Shown: piece by piece, positions 53,950 through 62,883 of the stretch
Position numbering within the stretch: the first letter of the stretch is position 1
How the letters are laid out: every line of letters begins with the position of its first letter
Assembly (NCBI GenBank): GCA_964491395.1
Contig: CAZBGI010000005.1
Location: forward strand, 4,676 to 68,675
DNA length: 64,000 bases
Direction: 5' to 3'
Source: an uncultured Bacteroidales bacterium
GTDB taxonomy: Bacteria > Bacteroidota > Bacteroidia > Bacteroidales > UBA7960
The notes under the pieces: generated by a model
Databases searched by the model: none
What the model was told of the DNA's origin: nothing
What the model saw: the letters and a program-made list of their open reading frames with translations, nothing else
Position numbers and translations under genes: made by a program

Positions 53950-54411
53950 TTATTGTTTTTCCAGCCGATACTGGTCTGCCAGTTCACCGGTTATTAGTTC
54001 TCCATTCCTGTCGAGATGAATGAGCGCATTTTCTACTACCTTGTATTGGTTGGGTTTGTCGATATTGTCAAGTGTGATGGTAGTGTTATCTTCTTCCCAT
54101 GACCAGCTACCGGTGCGTTCATAAAGATTCCCGGGCTCTTTTCCTTCATAAACATAATGTAGTACATATTGCTGGTCGGGGAGTAACTGCAGAGTTGTTT
54201 TGATTCCTTCGCAGTCAGCGCAGGGCAGTACACCTGTATAGGTTCCGTAATAATCCAGTGAGTTGCGTGCATTGCTTTTATCGGGAGGCAACTCATTTTC
54301 TGTTGTCTTGTGGTTTTCTGTTGTACTGTTGTCGTACCTGGTGGGATCTTCTGTACAGGAATCAACCAAAAACAGAAGAATTGTCGTAAACATCCAAAGG
54401 GTTGTATTCAT
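53950..54411 (-). CDS. NlpE N-terminal-domain lipoprotein (copper-resistance/NlpE-like)
   Basis: 153 aa with lipobox LVDSC. YTGVLPCADCEGIKTTLQL is the NlpE_N CxxC signature. Confidence 0.75.
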   Translation of the reverse strand: MNTTLWMFTTILLFLVDSCTEDPTRYDNSTTENHKTTENELPPDKSNARNSLDYYGTYTGVLPCADCEGIKTTLQLLPDQQYVLHYVYEGKEPGNLYERTGSWSWEEDNTTITLDNIDKPNQYKVVENALIHLDRNGELITGELADQYRLEKQ

Positions 54412-54481
54412 AGCTCATTTTATTTTGGTTTGTGAGATTTGATTAAAAAGCCATTATTGTGAAAAGTTGTGTGGGGTTTCA

Positions 54482-55264
54482 TTATTTAGGAGGAAGCAAA
54501 TCATTGTTAACCAGGGCTCCCCCGTCTATTTTGAAGATCGAACCGGTTATCCAGGAGGCTTTTTCGCTGAGCAGGTACAAGATCATATCTGCAATTTCTT
54601 CAGGTTTGCCCACTCTTTTAATGGGGTATCTGGCAGTTGCTTTTTTCACCATTTCTTCATAGGCATCCTTACTATCTACTATTTTGTTATCCAGGTGAAT
54701 GTTGGTGGTTACCAATCCCGGGTTAACTGAATTGACCCTGATTTGGTAAGGAGCCAAATCGCCGGCCAGAAATTCTGTGAGCATATCCAGTCCTGCCTTG
54801 CTGACAGAATAAGCCACGCTTGTTCCGGGACGTAGGGCTGCAATGGATGAGATATTTACAATCGAAGCGCCTTTTGCAGCTTTCAGATAAGGCAAAAGAA
54901 CCTGGGTAAGCAAATAAGGGCCATTGAGATTGACATCGAGATTGAATTTCCAGTCTTCGTAAGGAATCATTTCTATCCCCCCTTTGGTTAGCACGCCAGC
55001 AGCATGCACCAGCCCATGAACTTTTCCGTGTTTATGTTTAATATATTCCGCTAAGTCCTGGCAATCTTTCTTATTACGAACATCTCCGTAATAAAATTCC
55101 ATATTATCGGGGATAGTACCAATACTTTTGGCTGCACGTTCCGTTTTTTCTTTGCTCCGCGAGAAAGAAATAACCTGGTTGTGCTGCTCCTCACTTAACT
55201 TTTTAATGGTGCTTAATCCGATTCCTGAACTACCCCCGGTAACAATAAAAACTCTCTTCTCCAT
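54482..55264 (-). CDS. Short-chain dehydrogenase/reductase (SDR) family oxidoreductase
   Basis: 260 aa. TGGSSGIG cofactor motif, NISS, and the catalytic YSVSK (YxxxK). Confidence 0.88.
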   Translation of the reverse strand: MEKRVFIVTGGSSGIGLSTIKKLSEEQHNQVISFSRSKEKTERAAKSIGTIPDNMEFYYGDVRNKKDCQDLAEYIKHKHGKVHGLVHAAGVLTKGGIEMIPYEDWKFNLDVNLNGPYLLTQVLLPYLKAAKGASIVNISSIAALRPGTSVAYSVSKAGLDMLTEFLAGDLAPYQIRVNSVNPGLVTTNIHLDNKIVDSKDAYEEMVKKATARYPIKRVGKPEEIADMILYLLSEKASWITGSIFKIDGGALVNNDLLPPK

Positions 55265-55471
55265 AGTGGCTGTTTTTTTAGTTTTTCTATAAACCGCGCA
55301 TGGTTTTTACATGGTGTATTATAATAACATGATTGTTTTGTATTATATTGTATTGCAATGCCTAAATATACAAATTATCTGACAAAACAGGTGTTTTATT
55401 ACAATGTTAAAGGATAAGAAATACCCATAGGGGCAGATGAACTAATGGGTCTTTGCTTTTTTAAAAAATGG

Positions 55472-55479
55472 TAACTTTG
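55472..55479 (+). promoter_or_regulatory. -7 promoter box TAACTTTG
   Basis: Lies 88 nt upstream of the mtaB GTG start at 55567. Confidence 0.4.
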
Positions 55480-55566
55480 TAGGAAGGCGATTTTAAATCC
55501 CTTGCATGGCTTTAAGGTTGCTGCATAACGAAAAAGTGAATATTCAGAATAATCAGATAAACTTAC

Positions 55567-56853
55567 GTGAAAAGAATAGCCTTTCAAACACTGGGCTGTA
55601 AACTCAACTTCAGTGAAACCTCAACCCTGAGCCGGCAGTTCGGGAATGAAGGTTTTGAACAAGTAGAGTTCAATGATCCGGCCGATATATATGTTATCAA
55701 TTCCTGTTCAGTAACCCACAATGCCGAAAAGCGTTGCAAAGAACTGATAAAAAAGGCAATGAAGAAAAATCCTGATGCCCACGTGGCGATTATTGGTTGT
55801 TTTTCTCAAATCAATCCCGAGGAAATTCGTGCCATCCCCGGGGTAGATATTGTTTTGGGAAATGCCGACAAGTTTAACCTTTTTGAGCACATACAACAAC
55901 TAAGGTCCAAAGGAGAAACGGTTGCCCAGGATATAGCTGTGGAAGAACCGGAAGAGTTCGTTTCCGGTTATTCGATGGATGACCGAACCCGCTCTTTTTT
56001 CAAAATTCAGGATGGCTGCGATTATTTCTGTGCCTATTGTACTATCCCGTTGGCTCGCGGCAGAAGTCGCAGCAACAATATTGCTGCCACCATCAAAACA
56101 GCTACTGAAATTGCCCGTACCAACATCAAAGAGGTAGTGCTTTCAGGGGTAAATATCGGTGATTTTGGCAAAGATCACGGGGAAGATTTTTATGGCTTCC
56201 TGCAAGAACTCATCAAGGTGAAAGGGTTAGAAAGAATCCGCATTTCTTCCATTGAGCCCGATTTGTTGAGTGACGAAATCATACACCTTGTGGCAGAGAA
56301 TGATGTCCTGATGCCTCACTTTCATATTCCCTTACAGGCTGGTTCTGATGAAGTCCTTAAGGCCATGGGGCGCCGGTATGATACTGCCAGGTTTGCCTCG
56401 CGGGTAGCACTGATAAAAAAAATTATGCCTCATGCCTGTATTGCTGCTGACCTTATCGTGGGTTTTCCGGCTGAAACCGGTGATCTTTTTCAGCAATCCT
56501 ATGATTTTGTAAGAAAGACAGATGTTTCTTATGTGCACGTGTTTACCTACAGCGAACGCGATAATACAAGGGCCGTAAAATACGACACGCAAATCCCCGT
56601 GAAAGAACGTACCCTGCGCAGCAAAGTGATGCAACAACTTTCAGCTCAGAAAAAAGATGCGTTTTACCGTAGCAATCACATGCAGAAATCGAATGTATTA
56701 TGGGAAAAAGATAATGTAGAAGGTTTTATGTATGGTTTTACAGAAAACTATATCAAGGTGAAAGCTCCTTTTGATGTGAAGAAAGTAAATACGATTGAAA
56801 AAGTAATACTGAACTTTTTAGACGAGGATGGAGTTTACTTATGTAGGTTCTAA
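55567..56853 (+). CDS. mtaB: tRNA (t6A37) methylthiotransferase MtaB (radical SAM)
   Basis: 428 aa with a GTG start. N-terminal MKRIAFQTLGCKLNFSETS (UPF0004 Cys triad) and radical-SAM motif CDYFCAYC. Confidence 0.88.
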   Translation: MKRIAFQTLGCKLNFSETSTLSRQFGNEGFEQVEFNDPADIYVINSCSVTHNAEKRCKELIKKAMKKNPDAHVAIIGCFSQINPEEIRAIPGVDIVLGNADKFNLFEHIQQLRSKGETVAQDIAVEEPEEFVSGYSMDDRTRSFFKIQDGCDYFCAYCTIPLARGRSRSNNIAATIKTATEIARTNIKEVVLSGVNIGDFGKDHGEDFYGFLQELIKVKGLERIRISSIEPDLLSDEIIHLVAENDVLMPHFHIPLQAGSDEVLKAMGRRYDTARFASRVALIKKIMPHACIAADLIVGFPAETGDLFQQSYDFVRKTDVSYVHVFTYSERDNTRAVKYDTQIPVKERTLRSKVMQQLSAQKKDAFYRSNHMQKSNVLWEKDNVEGFMYGFTENYIKVKAPFDVKKVNTIEKVILNFLDEDGVYLCRF

Positions 56854-56912
56854 GCCAGGGTGCAATTTCAGGGCAGGATAGTACCGAAAAAAATACTCAA
56901 TCTCGATACATA

Positions 56913-57716
56913 ATGACACCAGATTTACAATACTTAACCCGGGAAGTAATACAAATCAGTAAATCCGCCGGTGCTTTTATCCGGCAGGAAATGGATAAGG
57001 TAAAAAAGCATGATATTGAAAGCAAAGGTACCCACGATTATGTAACCTACGTGGACAAAACCGCTGAAAAGCAGATTGTGGAGGAACTCCAACCGCTGCT
57101 GCCCACCGCAGGATTTATTACGGAAGAGCAAACCATAGAAACCAGTCGGAAAGAATTCATGTGGGTGATAGACCCTTTGGATGGCACAACCAATTTTATC
57201 CACGGACTACCGTGCTTTAGTGTCAGTATTGCTTTGATGCAAAACGAGCAGGTGGTATTGGGTGTGGTGTATGAAATCAATCTGGACGAATGTTTTTACG
57301 CCTGGGATGGCGGAGGTGCTTTTTTAAACGATCAACCCATAAAAGTGTCAGAAACAGCGGCCCTGCAACAAAGTTTGCTGGCTACAGGTTTTCCCTATCA
57401 TGATTATTCACGTTTGGAGAAATATCTCGAGTTGTTTACCTGGTGTCTGCACAATACCCATGGGGTAAGACGGCTGGGAAGCGCGGCAGTAGATCTGGCA
57501 TATGTTGCCTGCGGCAGGTTTGATGCCTTTTTCGAATACAGTCTGAATGCCTGGGATGTGGCCGCCGGCGCTATTATTGTACAACAGGCCGGGGGGAGAG
57601 TTACTGACTTTGAAGGAGGGGGCAATTATATATTTGGAGGAGAACTTATTGCCACCAACGCGAAGATTTGTGATGAATTTCTGGACAAAGCACGAAGTGC
57701 TTTTCATAAACAATAG
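56913..57716 (+). CDS. Inositol monophosphatase family protein (SuhB-like)
   Basis: 267 aa. WVIDPLDGTTNF and WDVAAGAIIV are IMPase signatures. Confidence 0.88.
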   Translation: MTPDLQYLTREVIQISKSAGAFIRQEMDKVKKHDIESKGTHDYVTYVDKTAEKQIVEELQPLLPTAGFITEEQTIETSRKEFMWVIDPLDGTTNFIHGLPCFSVSIALMQNEQVVLGVVYEINLDECFYAWDGGGAFLNDQPIKVSETAALQQSLLATGFPYHDYSRLEKYLELFTWCLHNTHGVRRLGSAAVDLAYVACGRFDAFFEYSLNAWDVAAGAIIVQQAGGRVTDFEGGGNYIFGGELIATNAKICDEFLDKARSAFHKQ

Positions 57717-57825
57717 TACCATTTTTGCTTTGCAGACAGGGTGTATATGATTAAACAATCTGTTTGTGCAGGTTAAGAAAACTTTGATATCTATTTTATG
57801 CTAAAAGGTTGTGAGAGGGGTGAAG

Positions 57826-57833
57826 TATCTTTG
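57826..57833 (+). promoter_or_regulatory. -7 promoter box TATCTTTG
   Basis: Lies 70 nt upstream of the TTG start at 57903. Confidence 0.4.
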
Positions 57834-57902
57834 CACCTGCAGAAAAAAAATGGGTATTAGTTTTTTGGGTATAAATTCAGAAAGAACTAATTCATAAACG
57901 TT

Positions 57903-59597
57903 TTGGAACCATTTTCGGATAGCTTTCTGGAGTTTGCAGCCATTCTTGCTGTTGCGGTGGGATTGGGATTTATTGGCCGTTTGCTTAAGCAGCCGCTCAT
58001 TGTATCTTTTATCATTGTAGGTTTGGTGGTAGGTCCTCATGGACTCGATCTTCTGCGTTCAGTAGAGAAAATACACCTGCTGTCAGAAATGGGGATTGCC
58101 GTGCTGCTTTTTGTTGTCGGTTTGAAGCTTGATGTGACGCTGATTCGCACCAGCGGAAAAGTGGCTCTGGCTACCGGACTTGGCCAGGTGATATTTACTT
58201 CTGTTTTTGGATATTTTATTTGTATTGCCCTGGGCTTTGAGTCGGTAACCAGCATATATATCGCTGTAGCGCTGACTTTTTCCAGTACCATTATTATCGT
58301 TAAACTGCTTTCCGATAAGAAAGAAATTCAGTCCCTTCACGGTCAAATCTCCATCGGGTTTCTTATTGTACAGGATATTGTTGTGATATTAGCCATGATT
58401 GTTCTCTCCGCCATGGGTACGCAAAGCGACTACTCTGTGGTGGAAGAGATTGCCTGGGTGATTGTAAAGGGGGTTGCCATGATAATAGGTGTAATTTTGC
58501 TTATCCGCTATGTAATGCCCCGTCTTACCAGTCTGATGGCACGCAACCAGGAATTGCTGGTATTGTTTTCCCTTGCATGGGCGATTGCACTGGCCGCATT
58601 CAGCGATTACCTGGGTTTCAGCAAAGAAGTAGGCGCTTTTCTGGGTGGTATTTCGCTGGCTTCAACTTCCTATCGTGAAATAATTTCCGGGAGATTGATA
58701 TCCCTGCGTGACTTCCTGCTCTTGTTTTTCTTTATTCATCTGGGTAGCCAGGTGGACCTCTCCCTGGTGGGAGAACAGATTGTGCCGGCCCTCATTTTGT
58801 CCGCATTTGTGCTGATAGGCAATCCTATTATTGTAATGATTATTCTCGGTATTATGGGATACAGGAAAAGAACCGGCTTTCTGGCAGGTTTAAATGTGGC
58901 ACAGATTTCAGAGTTCTCCCTGATCCTGGCTGCTTTAGGACTTTCTTTAGGACAGATTGATGAAGAGACCCTGGGTTTGATCACCCTGGTTGGATTGATA
59001 ACTATCGGGATATCTACTTACCTTATCAATTATTCACACCAGTTGTTTGAGCACGTTGCTCCCATTCTCAATATTTTCGAGAGAAAAAATCCCTACAGTG
59101 AGATTTCTGACGAAGAGATTGTCAATAATCCTTTTGATGTAATTATTTTCGGTCTTGGAATGTATGGGAACAATATAGCCAAAAGTTTGGAAGCCCAAGG
59201 TTTCCGAGTCTTTGGGGTTGATTTTGATCCCCGCAATGTGAAGCGCTGGAGGCGCAAAGGGAGAGCCGCTCAATACGGAGATGCTGATGATCCTGAACTG
59301 ATGGAGATTCTTCCGGGAAATACCCAATGTGTTATCTCAACATTGCCTGATAAAGCGATTAACATGGCTTTGATTAAGTATCTGCAGCAGGTGGATTACA
59401 AGGGTAAAATTGCCGTTACTTCCTATTATGGTCGTACTGCAAAAGAACTGGAATTGTCTGGTGCCGACCTGATCCTGCTTCCTTTCGTGGATGCTTCCGA
59501 AAATATTGTGGATAGGCTTAAATCGTTGAAAGTAAGAGGGACATCAGAAAGGAGAGGATTAGAGACAAGAGAGGAGAATAACTCAGGAACTCAATAA
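57903..59597 (+). CDS. Cation:proton antiporter (CPA2/Kef-type) with C-terminal RCK/TrkA-N-like domain
   Basis: 564 aa with a TTG start; there is no in-frame ATG near the N-terminus. About 12 TM segments, then VIIFGLGMYGNNIA (Rossmann-like GxGxxG). Confidence 0.75.
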   Translation: MEPFSDSFLEFAAILAVAVGLGFIGRLLKQPLIVSFIIVGLVVGPHGLDLLRSVEKIHLLSEMGIAVLLFVVGLKLDVTLIRTSGKVALATGLGQVIFTSVFGYFICIALGFESVTSIYIAVALTFSSTIIIVKLLSDKKEIQSLHGQISIGFLIVQDIVVILAMIVLSAMGTQSDYSVVEEIAWVIVKGVAMIIGVILLIRYVMPRLTSLMARNQELLVLFSLAWAIALAAFSDYLGFSKEVGAFLGGISLASTSYREIISGRLISLRDFLLLFFFIHLGSQVDLSLVGEQIVPALILSAFVLIGNPIIVMIILGIMGYRKRTGFLAGLNVAQISEFSLILAALGLSLGQIDEETLGLITLVGLITIGISTYLINYSHQLFEHVAPILNIFERKNPYSEISDEEIVNNPFDVIIFGLGMYGNNIAKSLEAQGFRVFGVDFDPRNVKRWRRKGRAAQYGDADDPELMEILPGNTQCVISTLPDKAINMALIKYLQQVDYKGKIAVTSYYGRTAKELELSGADLILLPFVDASENIVDRLKSLKVRGTSERRGLETREENNSGTQ

Positions 59598-59674
59598 TTC
59601 CATAACCCCATTCACAGATATACTAATTTATCTCTTAAAAAGCAGATAAATTTGATTATCTACAAAAAAGAAGA

Positions 59675-59682
59675 TATATTTG
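59675..59682 (+). promoter_or_regulatory. -7 promoter box TATATTTG (a second box, TAAATTTG, lies at 59647-59654)
   Basis: Lies 14 nt upstream of the satD-like ATG at 59696. Confidence 0.45.
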
Positions 59683-59695
59683 TTGCAAAAAGAAC

Positions 59696-60313
59696 ATGAC
59701 GGCTATTATTACAGGAGATATTATGGGTTCGCGCGGGGTTAAAAACCCGGAACAGTGGTTAAAGCCCCTGAAAAATTTCTTTGTTACACTGGGAAATGAG
59801 CCTAAAGTGTGGCAGTTTTTCCGGGGTGATAGTTTTCAGCTGGAGGTTGCAGATGCACCTCATGCTCTGGAAGTTGCTATCCGCATCAAGGCATTGGTAA
59901 AAAGCATCAAGGGGCTGGATGTCCGAATGGCTATAGGCATTGGCAGCAAATCATATGATGCACCCAGCATTACCGAAGCCAATGGTGATGCTTTTGTTTT
60001 TTCAGGCAAGCTTTTCGAACAAATGAAGAAAAAATCTCTTGCTATAAAAACACCCTGGGAAGATGTAGATGAACAAATCAATGTCTGTCTGGGTTTGGCA
60101 CTATTAATAATGGACAAGTGGAGCGTAAGTTCAGCGGAGGTGGTACAGCTTGCATTGGCTTTTCCTGGTGCTACACAAACAAAACTGGCAGAAAAATTGG
60201 ATATCAGCCAAGGCAGAGTAAGTGACAGGCAGCGAAGGGCCGGACTGGAAGAGATACTTGCCATGGAGAAATATTTCGGAAAACTTATCAGACAAAAAAC
60301 CGGCACACCATGA
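59696..60313 (+). CDS. SatD-family protein (N-terminal cyclase-like fold segment plus C-terminal HTH)
   Basis: 205 aa. MTAIITGDIMGSRGV... is the SatD-type N-terminus. C-terminal HTH-like segment: TQTKLAEKLDISQGRVSDRQRRA. Confidence 0.6.
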   Translation: MTAIITGDIMGSRGVKNPEQWLKPLKNFFVTLGNEPKVWQFFRGDSFQLEVADAPHALEVAIRIKALVKSIKGLDVRMAIGIGSKSYDAPSITEANGDAFVFSGKLFEQMKKKSLAIKTPWEDVDEQINVCLGLALLIMDKWSVSSAEVVQLALAFPGATQTKLAEKLDISQGRVSDRQRRAGLEEILAMEKYFGKLIRQKTGTP

Positions 60314-61032
60314 TTTTGTTTTTAAAAATATTGCTTGCTCATCTTATTGGTGATTTTGTGCTTCAGCCCGATAGTTGGGTAAAAAGTAAAAACCGTAAAG
60401 AATACCACTCTCCTAAACTCTATCTTCATCTGTTGGTGCATGCCGTTGTCTTGGCCCTTTTTCTGGAGTTTGATACCCGCTATTGGTTGGGATATACGGT
60501 TATTATCCTTTCTCATTTTTTATTGGATATTTTTAAAATTTGGACCCAGCGTTTTCGACCTCACAGCCGGTTTATGTTTATGGTCGATCAGATTTTACAT
60601 ATCCTGGTAATCGTGCTGGTAGTTTCTTTTTATGAGCCTGTGAATGTTTCCTTTGAAAAGGTGCTTACCTATCCTTTGTTACTGCTGATAACCTGCCTGG
60701 TGGTGGTGACATTTGTGGCAGGAGTGGTGGTAAAAGTCTTTATTGCCCGATGGAATCCGGATGTTATCGGAGATAAAGATCTTACCAAAGACAAGGCCGG
60801 TTATATTATTGGTATTCTGGAAAGGTTGCTGGTTTTTGTCTTTGTGGTTCTTGGACGTTGGGAAGCCATTGGTTTTCTTATTGCCGCCAAGTCCGTTTTT
60901 CGTTTTGGAGACTTGAAAGAACCCCGTGAGCGCATGCTTACCGAGTATATTCTTATAGGCACACTTGCAAGTTTTGGGGTTGCCATCATGATTGGACTAA
61001 CTTATTTACAGCTGGTAAACTTATACCCTTAA
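60310..61032 (+). CDS. DUF3307 (SatE-like) integral membrane protein
   Basis: 240 aa. Its start overlaps the satD stop (ATGA). HLIGDFVLQP signature, several conserved His/Asp, ~7 TM segments. Confidence 0.6.
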   Translation: MILFLKILLAHLIGDFVLQPDSWVKSKNRKEYHSPKLYLHLLVHAVVLALFLEFDTRYWLGYTVIILSHFLLDIFKIWTQRFRPHSRFMFMVDQILHILVIVLVVSFYEPVNVSFEKVLTYPLLLLITCLVVVTFVAGVVVKVFIARWNPDVIGDKDLTKDKAGYIIGILERLLVFVFVVLGRWEAIGFLIAAKSVFRFGDLKEPRERMLTEYILIGTLASFGVAIMIGLTYLQLVNLYP

Positions 61033-62114
61033 CCATTACTTTCCATTCTTTTGGTGTAACGTAAAACAGAAACCTCATCCATAAGAGGTTTTTTCTTGAA
61101 TATATGGTTGTACAGATGCTCAGAAAACCAGGGAGCAAGCATATACCCCTTTGAACCCAAGCCATTGAAGATGTATAAACCTTTATAAATGGGATGTTCC
61201 CCCAGGATAGGTCGTCGATCTGGGATGGTGGGTCGGAAACCGTAATATGTATCTGTAATCTGCAGGTCAGATTGATTTTCATCCTGCTGTATCACTTCCC
61301 GGAATTTTTCAGTGAGTTGCTCAATGCCTCGCCGGGTGTTTCCTTCTTCAGGAGTGTGCTCGTAAGTAGCTCCTACTTTAAAGAACTGCCCTCCCTGGGG
61401 AAGGATGAAAATCTTTCGTGAAATGGCCTGTTCGTTATTGAGGTTAGGATGATATATTTTTATCAACTGACCTTTGAGTGGATTAACGGGTAGCCATTGA
61501 AACCAGGGATTATCAAAAGACTTTACACCCTGACAAAAAATTACCTGCTGGAAAGTTTCCCCCTCGTAAATCCAACCTTCCCCGGAAGGCTTCAGGGATG
61601 GATAATTAAATTCTTTAGATTGTAAAAGTTGTTGTTGGAGTAAAAACTCCCTTGTGGCTTTCATGAAAATTTCTACATCTACACGCCCCGCATTTTGTAT
61701 GACTCCTCCACCCAATGGGATATAGGTACAGGGTGGGGCAGGAGAAGGAGCTTCTTCCATGAAAAATCTGGCAGGTTCTTCTTCCTTGCGACGCTGGTTC
61801 CACAACCGGGCATCCTCTGCGTGATGGAAGGCCCGAAAAATTTTCAAAGGATGGTAAAATTCAGCGGAGATAGTCTGTTCAAGGTATTTGTAGAAAACAG
61901 ATGCCTCGGGAACGAGTTTATCAGCCATCCAGCTAAGCCCTAAATGTTTTACCACTACCGGATTGATCAATCCTGAGGCCACTGCCGATGACAACTTTCC
62001 TGCTCCCGAATCTAATAGTACAAAAGGTTTGTGGTTTTGCCAAAACCGGAACGCCAAAAGTGTGCCGGCTAGCCCGCCGCCAACAATCAGTGTGTGGTTG
62101 GACAATACACTCAT
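61029..62114 (-). CDS. FAD-dependent oxidoreductase (DAO/glycine-oxidase-like family)
   Basis: 361 aa. N-terminal dinucleotide-binding motif LIVGGGLAGTLLA. The C-terminal GLGSKGYMLAP is typical of the DAO family. Confidence 0.65.
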   Translation of the reverse strand: MSVLSNHTLIVGGGLAGTLLAFRFWQNHKPFVLLDSGAGKLSSAVASGLINPVVVKHLGLSWMADKLVPEASVFYKYLEQTISAEFYHPLKIFRAFHHAEDARLWNQRRKEEEPARFFMEEAPSPAPPCTYIPLGGGVIQNAGRVDVEIFMKATREFLLQQQLLQSKEFNYPSLKPSGEGWIYEGETFQQVIFCQGVKSFDNPWFQWLPVNPLKGQLIKIYHPNLNNEQAISRKIFILPQGGQFFKVGATYEHTPEEGNTRRGIEQLTEKFREVIQQDENQSDLQITDTYYGFRPTIPDRRPILGEHPIYKGLYIFNGLGSKGYMLAPWFSEHLYNHIFKKKPLMDEVSVLRYTKRMESNG

Positions 62115-62132
62115 ATTTTCGGAATAGAGAAT

Positions 62133-62813
62133 CTATTTCACCTTTTCTTTGAACAGCTTCCTGAGTTTTTGCATTTTGGGTCCGATTACAAAAGTGCAAT
62201 AAGGCTGGCTGGGATTGTTTTGAAAATAATTCTGATGATAATCTTCTGCCACATAAAAAGCAGTCATGGGAGATATCTCTGTTACCAGGGGGTCATCCCA
62301 CAAATCGGATGCATCAATCTCTTTGAAAACCTCACGAGCGGTTTTTTCCTGACTCTCGTCATGATAAAATATTACTGATCGGTATTGGGTACCCACATCG
62401 GCTCCCTGGCGGTTGAGCGTGGTGGGATCATGCAGGTGAAAGAAAATTTCGAGAATATCTTTGAAACTTATGATTTCAGGATCAAATTGGAGTTGTACCA
62501 CTTCAGCGTGGCCTGTACGACCGGTGGTTACTTCGCGATAAGCAGGGTTTTTTACGGTACCACCACTGTATCCGCTGGTGACCGATTCAATGCCTTTTAC
62601 TTCCGTGAAAACAGCTTCAAGGCACCAGAAGCATCCACCACCCAGGGTAGCGAGTTGAAGATTGTTGTTGGTTTTTTCTGTAGTTTCATTCATAGGGTTA
62701 GATGTTTTGGTCTCGGTTGGACTACATGATATCCAAAGGAGTATGATTAGAGGCAAAAAAAATCGTTTAAAACCTTTCATGTTTTCAGGAATTAGTTTCA
62801 TGCGTCTGAACAT
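62133..62813 (-). CDS. msrA: Peptide-methionine (S)-S-oxide reductase, exported/lipoprotein form
   Basis: 226 aa. Catalytic GGGCFWCLEAVF, preceded by the lipoprotein-like signal FFLPLIILLWISC. An alternative start is the ATG at 62780. Confidence 0.9.
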   Translation of the reverse strand: MFRRMKLIPENMKGFKRFFLPLIILLWISCSPTETKTSNPMNETTEKTNNNLQLATLGGGCFWCLEAVFTEVKGIESVTSGYSGGTVKNPAYREVTTGRTGHAEVVQLQFDPEIISFKDILEIFFHLHDPTTLNRQGADVGTQYRSVIFYHDESQEKTAREVFKEIDASDLWDDPLVTEISPMTAFYVAEDYHQNYFQNNPSQPYCTFVIGPKMQKLRKLFKEKVK

Positions 62814-62866
62814 TAAATTTCGCCTTAAAGTTCAGCATTACACTGTTAAATAAGTTTTAATAACTC

Positions 62867-62874
62867 TATCTTTG
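62867..62874 (+). promoter_or_regulatory. -7 promoter box TATCTTTG
   Basis: Ends only 10 nt before the ATG at 62884, which implies a leaderless or near-leaderless mRNA if both calls are right. Confidence 0.4.
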
Positions 62875-62883
62875 CCTCAAAAA

